Origin: Craspedostauros australis
Lineage: Eukaryota
Assembly: GCA_030167865.1 (NCBI GenBank)
Contig: JALAGF010006363.1
Span: forward strand, 1-52,338
Direction of reading: 5' to 3'
Length of the DNA stretch: 52,338 bases
Both the position numbers and the translations under genes were made by a program. Below are positions 21,264-32,483 of the stretch, one piece after another (the stretch's first letter is position 1; every line of letters begins with the position of its first letter). Below the pieces are notes generated by a model. It was not told the origin of the DNA. It was given only the letters and a program-made list of their open reading frames with translations, and made no database searches.

Positions 21264-22952
21264 ATGTCTTCATCCCGTACCAAGCGGCGAACGCTGATCC
21301 TTTGCATGCGCATTCAATACAACAGAGAACACGTTAAGTGGTTGCGTCGACATGCGTGCGGTACTGCTGGCGACACACGGCCAGCGAGAGCGTCCATCGG
21401 ACCGATCCAGCCGAACTCCGGCCGATCCGATGCCATCCGATGCAACCCAATGCATCAAGATGCACCGCATCTGCTCAACGCGCAACATCGGCAGTGGAAG
21501 CTGCCCAGACGGCTGGCGGGTTTCGGAAGACGCCACCAGACAGGCTCCGCTGTTGCGCTGTGCAGGGTACTACTATATGTGTAAGTGCGGGCACCCATGC
21601 TCACTCGCATCATTGGACTTAGCTTCCGATTGATGATGAGAAACCGAAGCAAGGCACGGCAGCAACGAAAGACAATTCAAACGTCAACACGACCTGCCCC
21701 TGCCCCACATTCATTCATGTCCAACATTGCTGAGAACGTAAAACAACATCATAGTCGTACTTTACTGATAGAAATAGTCTTACTATACTACGACTACAAT
21801 CCCAATTACCAAAAGTGCTCTTCCGTTGTAAGCGGCAACAGCAGTCCCACCGTCATCATCATCATGGATCATACACACCAACTCGCGCCGGAAGTGGTTG
21901 CAGGTTGTCAGATCTCGTTACCTTTCTCTCATCGTGTGAGATTCTTTCGCGGTACAAACAGTGCGCAATCGTGGTTTTGTGCTCTCCACGATTGAAGAAA
22001 CAACGTTAGTCGAATGAGTCCACCCAACTACGACTCATTTGAACGGATGAATTCAATCAGCAACGGAAACACGATCGTGGTTGGTCATTCAACAGAGTCA
22101 CATGTGTGTCTTATACGACATGTGTAGTGTCGCCGATGTATCCAGCACATACAACAGAAACCTTGCCGTCACATTTCTCATCCGATCCCACCTCACAACA
22201 CGATCAACCTCACCAACCTCATTGGATTCAAAGAAGATGTGAGTTTGATTGCGCAAGTCCAAGTGACACACATTCGAGCCATAAAACCGCCAACCACCTT
22301 CCATCATCTGCGTGTCGATCCAAGCCTGCAGACTCCATCTGGATCCACATCCAAAGCACACCAACGCCTTTCTTTCATCCATTTCTCTGGCCATTTCCCA
22401 CGACTGTTTGCAGGTATTGGTATTGCCACCAGTTCCGTCCTCGCGTGGTCATCCTTTCCACACGCTTTTCCCGCGAACGCCCACAGTGCCAGCGAGCACA
22501 AGACCAAGAACAACACCAAGAACAACACCACCACCTTCACTTTCGCATCCCTGCTTCCTCCAACCCCATTGTGTCGTCTTTCTTCACTTCCAAAGGTCTC
22601 CATCACTTCTTCATCTGCTTTCTGTGTCATTGAGGATACGCAAGCGAAGAAACACTCAAGGAACGATCAGGGACAGTCGCATACTCATACCTACACGCTG
22701 CAATCGATTCCATCACAGCGCAATACGGACAGCACCTGAGCCATTCGGAAGCAAGACAGCCCATAAGCGCACAATCCTGCACCACCATAACCAGGTCTCT
22801 GTTCCGTGCCTCAACGAACATCCAGATCATTGACGACACGAAGCAAGCAATCGCAACAACCGTATCGTATCCGACGCAACCGTATCAAACATTAGTGCAA
22901 CCGCAACAAGCAACAACGATACAAGCCCACACAAGCAAAGAACCAAGCAAAC

Positions 22953-24524
22953 ATGAGTGCGACGATGGGATACGTCAAGAGCTTCGGGACGAAGTCCACC
23001 AACGAAACGCACATGGTGGACAGCCAGTTTGGATCCGTCGATCCTCCAAGCACGGATGATCGTCCATTCGACGAGAACTCGTTGAGCAATGAAGGAACAT
23101 GGGTGAACAACGAGGGACTCATTGTCTCCAACCAACGCGCTCTCGGCGGCGGTGGCGGGGTGATCATCAGAGACGAAGAAACAGGGTTCGAAGTGAAAGA
23201 GATCCCGCCAGGTGAAAGATTCGAAGAACTGAACATCGTGAAAAAGCGCAAAAGGAGGCGACGAATCTCTGGCATGATGGCCGTCTGCTGTATCCTGGCC
23301 ATCATCGCGACCCTCGTCGGCGTCTACCTCATCATCGATGGGCAGACTGATACTGGGCGTGGCTCTACGGTGGGCAGAGCCGTGACGAATGATCCAAACA
23401 TGACATCGAGCAGCCCGACCGCAGCCGTCTCCACCACGGCACAACCAACTATGATGCCAGTCACACAAGCTCCCACAGGCCTTGAGACGCAACCGGTCGC
23501 GAATGCGCCCACTGTGAATCCGGCAAATGGCACAAATTCGCCGACATTCCCGCCAACGAATGAAGGCAGCACCACCTCAACCACGATTGCACCCACAGCA
23601 GCGCCCACGTCCACCACGAGCTCGACGCCAACCACGCAAGCAGATCCAGTGCCGACGTCCTCACCAACGCAAGTCCCAACAATTGTGCCAACCTCCTCAC
23701 CAACGCAAGTCCCAACAATTGTGCCAACCTCCACACCAACGACCATCCCGACTTTGGCACCCACCCCCGTGCCAACGGCTGATCCAACACGGGCGCCTTC
23801 CTTATCTCCAACGGCAGAACCAACAGGAGGGCCGACTTCAGCACCAACTTCGGCACCGACTACTGCACCGACTACCTCACCAACTACAGTCCCAACATCT
23901 GCTCCCACTGTTGTGCCAACAGCTATTCCAACTGCACAGCCGACACCATCACCAACGACAGCCCCAGTTATTGGCGAAACCAGCACACCAACGAATGCTC
24001 CTATCGAAACCACGGACGCCCCCACGACGTCACCGTCCAGTCCACCCTTCACCTCTGCGCCTACAGCGGCCCCAGTGACACCCGCGCCCACTGCGGGACC
24101 CACATCAGCGCCCACGAGCGCACCAACGGTAACCACCGACGCCCCAACCTCTGAACCTACCGAGACGCCGTGCTTGCCGATCATCTCGGCAGAGAAGGTG
24201 TGCTTCACGTTGGGAGAAACCATCCCGATCGACATCTTCCAATGCAGTCCAACCGATCGCGATTGGATTGGGATCTACCCGGACAACGGAAGCAGCGCCT
24301 TGCTGCAACCGGTGGTCGGCGACGATTACGTGCAATGGAAGTGGCTTTGCGAATTGTTGCCCGGTGTCCAGTGCCTACAACCTCAATTCAGCCGAAGGCT
24401 CGTGTTCGATGCATTGGAAGACGAGGGGACCTACAGAGCTCTGCTCCTCCGCAACGGCGATGGTCCAACCTTCAATGCTGATGCCTACAGTGGAATCTTC
24501 ACTGTGGCGGCCCAATGTCCATAA
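22953..24524 (+). CDS. Type II membrane mucin-like protein, long PTxxPT stalk and C-terminal 6-Cys DWxGIYP domain (family member C)
   Basis: KKRKRRRR plus TM MMAVCCILAIIATLVGVYLII, about 278-aa Pro/Thr stalk, then C...C...QCSP..DWIGIYP...GDDY..WKWLC...C...GTYRALLLRN...C. Confidence 0.88.
   Translation: MSATMGYVKSFGTKSTNETHMVDSQFGSVDPPSTDDRPFDENSLSNEGTWVNNEGLIVSNQRALGGGGGVIIRDEETGFEVKEIPPGERFEELNIVKKRKRRRRISGMMAVCCILAIIATLVGVYLIIDGQTDTGRGSTVGRAVTNDPNMTSSSPTAAVSTTAQPTMMPVTQAPTGLETQPVANAPTVNPANGTNSPTFPPTNEGSTTSTTIAPTAAPTSTTSSTPTTQADPVPTSSPTQVPTIVPTSSPTQVPTIVPTSTPTTIPTLAPTPVPTADPTRAPSLSPTAEPTGGPTSAPTSAPTTAPTTSPTTVPTSAPTVVPTAIPTAQPTPSPTTAPVIGETSTPTNAPIETTDAPTTSPSSPPFTSAPTAAPVTPAPTAGPTSAPTSAPTVTTDAPTSEPTETPCLPIISAEKVCFTLGETIPIDIFQCSPTDRDWIGIYPDNGSSALLQPVVGDDYVQWKWLCELLPGVQCLQPQFSRRLVFDALEDEGTYRALLLRNGDGPTFNADAYSGIFTVAAQCP
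23658..23729 (+). repeat. Perfect 36-bp tandem duplication (SSPTQVPTIVPT x2) inside the mucin stalk
   Basis: tcctcaccaacgcaagtcccaacaattgtgccaacc at 23658..23693 and 23694..23729. Confidence 0.9.
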
Positions 24525-25142
24525 ACTCAAAGAGCGCATCATACCATACCATGCAATCTACATGGAGGACGGGCATGTTGTCAATGAGATCTGCTCTCCG
24601 TATCGCGATGCCACAACTTGCGCCGCACCTGTTCCAACATTGCACTCCACTCCACTTTCCCCTTCGTTTCACGTCAGAAACCAATTGTATAATAATAATT
24701 GATTGCCCACGTACGGGTATAACCTTTAGCTAAAAAGAGAAGAAGCTCTCTGCTCCCCCACGCAAGCACCCGCACAATAGTACTCTTTTGAATAGAATAG
24801 AATAGTAGAATAGTCAGTATGCAGGGCATGTTGCCTCATCCAGCCGGAATACAACACATGCACAGCATAATTACAAGCATCGAACTCGTCTCCCATTCCC
24901 GTCCATGCAGTATCTGGTGCCTCCAATGTGCAAATACTACCTACTGTGGGGATGGCATAGTCGTAGCTCGACCATGGCAACACATTCGACGTGACACATC
25001 GGCATCAGCCTCTTCCAACACACTCGTGCCTTCCGCAACATGCATCAAAGTGCACCACCACAAGCGGGAGTGTGACCAACGCAGCAGCTCAGCTGATGTG
25101 AGTTCGTTCAATCCGTTTACTTTGTTCTATTTTACTGCATGC

Positions 25143-25586
25143 TTAAAGCGGAATGAATCTTGTCTGGTGGGCCGCGCTGACACCTGGACGTCCGTGCTGG
25201 ACTGGCTTGTAGGTGATGGCGAATTCTCCGAGGTACATACCGACCATCTCTGGCTTCATTTCCACACCGCAGAACATCTTTCCGTTGTAAATACCGACGA
25301 TGGATCCGATCATTTCTGGGACGATAACCATGTTTCTCAGGTGCGTCTTGACACCGCGTGGCTTCTCGCCCGGTGGTGCCTCCTTCTTGGCCTGTCGAAG
25401 TCGCTTGATCAGGGCCATTGGCTTGCGCTTCAACCCGCGCTGCATTCGGCGGCGTGGGCGGGCAGTGATCAGGTCCATGAGCTCCTCATTGCTCAAGTCA
25501 AGGAGGGCCTCAAGCTCGATACCGCGGTATGTGAACTTTCTGAACTGGCGCTTCTTGCGAAGCTCGGCAACTTTCTCGGCGTCCAT
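25143..25586 (-). CDS. RPS15: 40S ribosomal protein S15 (uS19), 147 aa
   Basis: [49 protein letters not shown]-terminal RFIPL. ATG at 25586 in a caaccaacacaATG context. Confidence 0.97.
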   Translation of the reverse strand: MDAEKVAELRKKRQFRKFTYRGIELEALLDLSNEELMDLITARPRRRMQRGLKRKPMALIKRLRQAKKEAPPGEKPRGVKTHLRNMVIVPEMIGSIVGIYNGKMFCGVEMKPEMVGMYLGEFAITYKPVQHGRPGVSAAHQTRFIPL

Positions 25587-26544
25587 TGTGTTGGTTGGAT
25601 TTGTAGGAATTCTGCGTGAATCGCTGCGCGCCGCAATACGAGAGGGCGAATAAATAACAACAGGGCGTTCATACAAGCCGCCGCAGGACGACAGGGCGAT
25701 GAACGGGAAGAAGAAATGTGCAGGAAGACAAGAATGAAAGATCAGTACGACTGTCGCAGCAAAGGAACGCTTGGGGTCTCTCGGCTGCTTGTCCGTGCAC
25801 CAGCTTCATGGGGAGCATCCAGAGGATGTCATGTCGCCGTCTCTGCCCTCGCTGGCGGACGCTTGCATCCTGAGTTGCCAAAATCCAACAGCCGACCACC
25901 AAGACGAAGGCTCCGCTCGCATCCTTCCTCCTGCGTGACGTTGTTCAGCGGCGCCTTTCCATCGTCATCTCCATGGTGAGCATCATCTCGTTGCCACGCC
26001 GTCATCACTTCGAGGCATCACATCGTCACGGGAACACATACCGACGGGACAGGGATCTGTATGGTTGGGCAAGCGGTCGAACGAGGGTGGCGTCTTGGTG
26101 CTGTTGGTGTTGCTGCTTCTTCCTGCTGTTGGTGCTGGCGATGTTGCTGATGCTGGTGTTACCTCGCCGCAACGTCCGTCTGCCACAACAACCCGAAACA
26201 CGACACGACAACAGCACAAACCACACAAAAACAGTTTAGTAACCGAGAATTAGTAACGTCTGGAGTCCGTGTGGTCGACAATCAATTCACGGACAAAAGT
26301 CACTATCGAATCACGAATCGCTTCAACCACCGAAAAACGCAACAAAACGAAAACATGATCCCAGGAAACACATCCACGATCATGTCTTCTGCTGTTCTTT
26401 CAACACCCTCTCCTCTATTGGCACACAATACTGTACATCCTTCGGATCGCACCGGAGCGCCAATACTCACCTCCAACCTCCGAATCACCTTCCCTCCAGA
26501 ATATAATAGCACAGATTCCACCACGCACTCGCAGCATCGCAATC

Positions 26545-29322
26545 ATGTCCTCGAGAGGCGGTTCGAACAGCGGCGGCGGCGCTGGTGCTGGTGGCAACGG
26601 ATTCAAGCCGATGGGATTGTCGGATGATGTGTACAAGGGCGTCGTGCGCATGGGATTCCGCAATCCGACGCCCGTGCAACGCAAGGCGCTGCCGGTGGTC
26701 CTCACGGGAGTCGACACCTGCGTGATGGCCCGGACAGGATCCGGAAAGACGTGCGCATTCCTGATCCCGCTGCTGGAAAAGCTGCTGTCCATCCCGCGCC
26801 CCAGCACCGGATCGACCTGCCGAGGCATGGTGCTGAGTCCCACGCGAGAGCTGTCCCTGCAGACGCTGCGCGTGCTCATCAAGCTGGCGCATTTCACGGA
26901 CATCCGCGCGGTGGGCATCCATGGTGGGGAAGGCATGGAGCATCAGTTCAACCTCCTGGCCAACAAGCCGGATGTCATCGTCGCCACGCCCGGTCGCTTG
27001 GCCCATCATGTCACGGAGATTCCCGACTTTTCCCTGTCCAACTGCCAGATCGCCATTCTGGATGAGGCAGATCGGTTGATCGAGATGGGATTCGCCCTGC
27101 AGATCCGCCAGATCGCGAGGACCTTGCCGGACCAAGGCCAGAAGGTGCTGCTCAGCGCGACGATGCCCAAGCTGCTCATCGAGTTCACCAAGGGAGGCTT
27201 CCTGACGGACCCCCAGGTGGTGCGCCTGGATTCCGAGGCGACGGTGTCATCCGAGCTGCGGATATCCTTCATCACGTGCCGCAGCATGGACAAGGACGCC
27301 ACGCTGCTGCACATCATCGATCACATCGAGCAGGATCAAGCGAAGAACGAATCGACGCGGACCGGATTGACGTTGGTGTTCTGCGCCACACGGCACCACG
27401 TGGAATTCGTCACGTCGTTACTCACCGCCAACGGACAGAAGCCAACCTTCGTCTACGGAACGCTCGATCAGGAGGCGCGCAAATCCAACCTCGCAGCCTT
27501 CCGCGCTGGTCGCAAACCGATTCTGGTTGTGACGGACGTCGCCGCACGTGGTATCGACGTCCCGTTGATCGACCATGTCATCCACTATCAATTCCCGCCC
27601 AACGCCAAGCTGTTCGTCCATCGCAGTGGCCGAGCTGCGCGTGCGGGTCGCATTGGTTTCTGCTGGGGCATCGTCGAACCTGATGAGCTGCCGTACATGG
27701 TGGATCTGCATCTATTCCTGGGACGGCCGTTGGCGACGTGCGCCGAGGATGAGACCTACGATCTCAAGGAGATGACTCCTGAGATGGTGCACTACGGATC
27801 CGTCCCCGAGGCGGTGATCGTCGAAGAGGTTGAGAATGTGCGGAGGATCATGAATGCCGAGCTCACCGGATCCGAAGAAGCCGAGTCGATGAGAGCACTG
27901 TCCAGGGCGTGCGACAACGCCATGAAGAAATACCGTCGCACGAGGCCGGAAGCGTCGAAGGCAGGTGTCCGAAGGGCGAAGGCCATTCTGGAAGGCGAGC
28001 GTCTTGACACAGGCGAACGCATGAGCTCCGGTTGTATTCCGCCGCACCCGCTGTTGGAAGGCGTGCTGCTGTCCAAGTACGAAGCGGCAAAGAAGAAGGG
28101 GAGAATCGGATCACTGAACAACATGGAGCAGCAGAGGCAAAGAGAAGATTTCCTCCGCGCTGTGGCCAGCTTCCGTCCGAAGGAAACCGTCTTCGAGGCC
28201 TTCGCCACCGGTGGCGGGAAGGATGCCGGTGTGCTGAGCCAAGTGGACAAAGGGCGAACGACCATCGCATCTAAGAAGAACGACACCGGTTTCGCTTTGG
28301 CCGCGATGAAGAGCATGCGGCGGCAAATGAAGATCGTACGCAGCAAGGGGGCCGCTCTGGTGGTTGCTGGCAGTGCCAACGCTCTGGAGATCAATGGAGA
28401 CGAGGTTCCTGCGGACACAGAAGATTTGGATGGTGCCCTTGGAAGTGAAATAAGAAGCAACGGCAATAGCACAACTCAACCGGTGGGTAGCAATGGCACG
28501 AGCTCGGCTCCGAAGCAATCGTTAGCATCTCGCCAAGGCAAAACGATATCGGTGAAGTCAGTGCAGACGAAGACGAAAGCACGCCTCTCCAAGGCAGAAC
28601 GAAAACGCCTGAAGAAGGCCGGCTCATCCAAGGCGAGCGGAACCGGCGGTGGGAGCAACAGGACGAACTCATCGTCAAACGGAAGGCCCAAGAAAGTGCA
28701 GAAGACCGATTTCCGAGATCCCTCCTTCTTCATCTCCAATGATTTCACGAATGATGTGGATGAGGCCAATCGCCTGCGCCAGATCGAGAGCGCCATGCAA
28801 CCCAGCTCCTCTCAGTCGGTCAAGGGCAGCGCCGGCACTGCTCTGCGCATGCAAGAAGCCATGCTGGATATCGTGGGAGACGAGAACGACGAGCTGGTTC
28901 AGAAGCAGCGCATGATGCGGTGGGACAAATCGAAGCGTAAATACGTCCAGACGACGGTCGGAGCGGAGCTCAGCGATACCAGCCGTACGCAGAAACTACG
29001 GCTGGAGAGCGGGCAGAGGGTGAAAGCGGGCAAGATGAAGCTCGGCGAGATCTACGACAAGTGGCAAAAGAAGACGAATCGATCTGTCGGCCGCAGCGGT
29101 GTATTTGATGATGATGTCGATGAGGACACCGCTGTCGCAAGCACGAAGCGCAACAAGCAGAAGAAGCAGAAGAACAAGACGGCGTTGGCCAACGACAAGA
29201 AGCGGGGAGCTGATGAAATCAGACGGGAACGTGAACGCAAGCAGGACAACAAGCTGAAGAACATGAAGAAGGCAGACCGAAGGAAGATAGAGAGAGCCAG
29301 CTCGGCCAGTAAGCGAAGATAA
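26545..29322 (+). CDS. DDX54: DEAD-box RNA helicase DDX54/Dbp10 (60S biogenesis)
   Basis: PTPVQRK, ARTGSGKT, SPTREL, DEADRL, SAT, DVAARGID, HRSGRAARAG, and DBP10 C-terminal RWDKSKRKYV...ESG...YDKWQKK. Confidence 0.95.
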   Translation: MSSRGGSNSGGGAGAGGNGFKPMGLSDDVYKGVVRMGFRNPTPVQRKALPVVLTGVDTCVMARTGSGKTCAFLIPLLEKLLSIPRPSTGSTCRGMVLSPTRELSLQTLRVLIKLAHFTDIRAVGIHGGEGMEHQFNLLANKPDVIVATPGRLAHHVTEIPDFSLSNCQIAILDEADRLIEMGFALQIRQIARTLPDQGQKVLLSATMPKLLIEFTKGGFLTDPQVVRLDSEATVSSELRISFITCRSMDKDATLLHIIDHIEQDQAKNESTRTGLTLVFCATRHHVEFVTSLLTANGQKPTFVYGTLDQEARKSNLAAFRAGRKPILVVTDVAARGIDVPLIDHVIHYQFPPNAKLFVHRSGRAARAGRIGFCWGIVEPDELPYMVDLHLFLGRPLATCAEDETYDLKEMTPEMVHYGSVPEAVIVEEVENVRRIMNAELTGSEEAESMRALSRACDNAMKKYRRTRPEASKAGVRRAKAILEGERLDTGERMSSGCIPPHPLLEGVLLSKYEAAKKKGRIGSLNNMEQQRQREDFLRAVASFRPKETVFEAFATGGGKDAGVLSQVDKGRTTIASKKNDTGFALAAMKSMRRQMKIVRSKGAALVVAGSANALEINGDEVPADTEDLDGALGSEIRSNGNSTTQPVGSNGTSSAPKQSLASRQGKTISVKSVQTKTKARLSKAERKRLKKAGSSKASGTGGGSNRTNSSSNGRPKKVQKTDFRDPSFFISNDFTNDVDEANRLRQIESAMQPSSSQSVKGSAGTALRMQEAMLDIVGDENDELVQKQRMMRWDKSKRKYVQTTVGAELSDTSRTQKLRLESGQRVKAGKMKLGEIYDKWQKKTNRSVGRSGVFDDDVDEDTAVASTKRNKQKKQKNKTALANDKKRGADEIRRERERKQDNKLKNMKKADRRKIERASSASKRR

Positions 29323-29349
29323 AGTTTCATACTCTCTACTCAGTAAGTA

Positions 29350-29375
29350 AGAGAGAGAGAGAGAGAGAGAGAGAG
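29350..29375. repeat. (GA)n microsatellite
   Basis: About 13 units just after the DDX54 stop. Confidence 0.85.
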
Positions 29376-30568
29376 GCAGGAATGGGCGCGTCGATGTCTT
29401 CGCATGGTACCTTGAGGTGTATAGTAGTTGCATCTCCAAGCATGAATGCAAATACTGATGTGAAACTTGAAATCACTGTCTCTCTCCCTCTCTCTCCGCA
29501 GTGTGTCCACAATAACAACAACTCTTCTTTCTGTTCCATCGCACATGGATGGTGTGATACTCGCATAGCTCGCACAGGAGAACTACGAGACACACAAGCG
29601 TCATGCAACATGACCTCCTGTTGATGCACATATCAGCAAAGCAGTCTTCAAAAGTACGAGTAGAGGGCCCCCTCTTCTTGTTGCATGTGTGCCCTACCAT
29701 ACCATACCATACCATGCCATATCTACGTTGCACTTATGATAGACGATCGTACCGAGTTGGCCTTCCCATAGATAACCTCTCTGCGGGCTCTGTGTTCAAG
29801 GTGTCATCCTTGTCAGTGTCAGAAAACGAGTACTTTTCGGTATCCTCGCGCACGCCGTCGTGGAAATCATCCACTGCTTTCCCCAACGGCTTGCCATTGG
29901 TCTCCGGCATCTGAACCGCTGATTCGGATGAGACGATAGCTTGTCGCGAGGCGTACAGTGCGACTCTTTCAAGTGATGTGATGGTGCTGGCCACCTCTCA
30001 TCCAGCACGATCACTGAACACCTGAACGCAGAACGCTGAACGCCGAGCACGTGGCACTGCGCATCACGCATGGCGCGATCCTCCATCCACAGTCTGTGTG
30101 ACAGCGCATCGAAACAGATGAGGCAGACAAACGATCTGGAGAACGAAAAGAGAAACATAGTGGACGCAGAAAGATGGGTAAATCGTGTGACGCCGGGAGT
30201 GATGGCTGGCGAATTTTGTGAGGAGGGAAATGTCGTCGCGCTCCTCCAAAATAGACCTCGTGAACACGTTCCTTTTCTCGTTTCGACTGCGTCGACTAAC
30301 TATGAGAAGCAATCCAGCGAACGAATTGGAGTTTCCCCCAAAACGAAATGAAAGAAATACACAATTACCGCAGCTTTCGCATGTCAGAGGCTTTCCTTGC
30401 GAGATCTTTGGGGGAGTGATGTTGTTGTGCTGTCTCATTCGTTTTGAGCTCCGCACTGACATCAACACGATCACCAATCCAAGGCACGACACTATTCTGT
30501 CACTACTATACGTTACAGTGAGCAACAAGATCCACAAAGTACAATCCTTCCAAGCATCACATTCCGCA

Positions 30569-32125
30569 ATGAAACGACCAATGCATGCCACATCATCGAT
30601 CTTGATTGTGGTTGCCATTGCGACTGCGACGATCAAATGCAGCCTTGGGTTTCATGTTCCTCTTGGATGGAGTCGCCAGAGGACCACCGAAGTCAGAACG
30701 AATGAGGAATCTGTGAAGGTGCCATCGCTGAAACGATCCCCGCCGCTGTCGTTGTTGTCGTCGCAGTCACATTCCTTGTTGACGACGCAGCTGCGATCCA
30801 CGTACGGCAGGGGGGCTGGGATCTGGCCGGAATGTAACGAGGCCACGGTGCTGTTGTCCACTTCCTTCCCGAATGGCCAGATTCCAAGTTCTGCGCTTGA
30901 CATTCTGCGCGAGACTGCGCAAGCAGAGATCTCATCGATGACCGAAGATGAATCCTCTGACGATCCCAACGATGCGGCTGACGCCACGGAACTCGCTTCG
31001 ACATCATCTTCATTGTCGTTGCCATCTTCGTCTTCATCATCCAAACGCAGGATCCCAACATGGTCCATTCGAAGGATCCTGACGAGAGCTGCTGCGCGTG
31101 AGGAGTTGGATTCAGAGGATCAGGTCCCAAGCATCGCCATCGATCGCGCCCCGTCCCTTCTGGTCGTGTCCTTGATCCTGAAGGGTCTGATCCACCCGTT
31201 GGATATCGTGCTCGTGTCATGCATCACTGCCTACGTCGTGATCTTGAGCATGGTGGCCCAGTCCTCGAGGGGCATCCCCAACGTCCCCATGCTGGCAGCA
31301 TTGCCACCGCAGGGTCACGTGCCGTCGATCGTCTCGACGCCGTTGGGAGAAACCATGACGAGTTCCATGGCCTATGATCGGTGGATGAAGATGGGATTGT
31401 CGCTGGGAATCCTCGGTCCTGTGGCGATGGTGGCGAAGTACGCGTATTGGGACAAGGCGCCAGCGCTTGCAGGATCGTGTGCAAGGCCGCTGTTCCTCTT
31501 GTGCTTTCAGGCCATATCGGAGGGATTTGCGCGTCGCAACTTGGTGAGTCTGCGTGTATTCTGCATAGTTCTTGCGTGATCGTGTTGATTACCATACTCG
31601 GACGATGCTCTTATCCACATGCATTGAGCCTCACGGCATCTCTCCCTTTCGTCCAAGTATGTGTAGAATAGGATGCATTGGATACCGCGGCTTCCCCAAT
31701 CTCACTCCTCCCCTGCAATTTTTTCACGCTACACATCCACTTCCTCATTCCACACTCCGAATACGAATGCCACGTTGCACGTTCAATGACGCCCATCCAT
31801 TTCTTCTTCCTTCCCTCCATGGCGATGCATGATATCACACCCTGCAAAATAGGTACCACTTCCGATTCGGATATTCATCCCACTGATGTACAATGCGGTG
31901 CGCATGGCTTATCTTTGGAACTGGGCCACGAGCGGTCTGGCCCTTGGGATATTGGGACGCGCCTTGGCGGTTTCCAATGCTGTGTACTGGGCATTGAATC
32001 TGTTCGCCTTCCTCATTCCCATCGCCGCCTTGCGGTACATGCGGGCCCACTTCTTTGGTGTCGAAGCGGAGGAAGTCAAGCTACGACCTGGATTGGAAGA
32101 GACGATTGGTCTGGTGCCTCGATGA
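30569..32125 (+). CDS. Hypothetical multi-pass membrane protein, probably plastid-targeted, 2 exons
   Basis: Signal peptide ILIVVAIATATIKCSLG|FHVP followed by an S/R-rich transit-like segment. Exons 30569..31543 and 31853..32125. Phase-0 intron GTGAGT...ATAG gives RRNL|VPLPIRIFIPLMYNAVR. Several hydrophobic helices. Confidence 0.75.
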
Positions 32126-32483
32126 AGACAAGAGTGTAATCCTCAAGCACACGAGCATGTTACCGTGTTGCACAATGTTCTGTGATGACTCTGGCACGGA
32201 ATCGCATCAGCTCAGCACCACTGCAAATCGGGTATCATGCGCGCACTCGTGGGGTACATGTACCAATGCGCGGCGCTCTGTTCACTTTTATTTTGTGCGA
32301 ATGTTAGTGTTACACAATCTACTACTATAATATTATTACAGATTTATTTCTAGAGAGAGAGGGGGAGAGGGCATATGTTTTTTGTTGTTGGTGTTGCCAT
32401 GATTCATCCCATTGGATATTCTTCCATCTTGCCCCTTGTTGTTCTGTGCAGGTATGCTAACGCTACGAATACAGAGCATGGAA

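Noticed and set aside
23658..23729. 36-bp direct repeats resembling CRISPR repeat length
   Set aside because: Adjacent with no spacers, in-frame within a coding stalk, eukaryotic context and no cas genes.
23324..24235. 303-aa VG/AVG-repeat ORF on the minus strand
   Set aside because: Mirror of the Pro/Thr repeat codons of gene C.
29734..29994. 86-aa acidic minus-strand ORF
   Set aside because: GTG start just after an in-frame stop; no convincing upstream exon or homology recognised.
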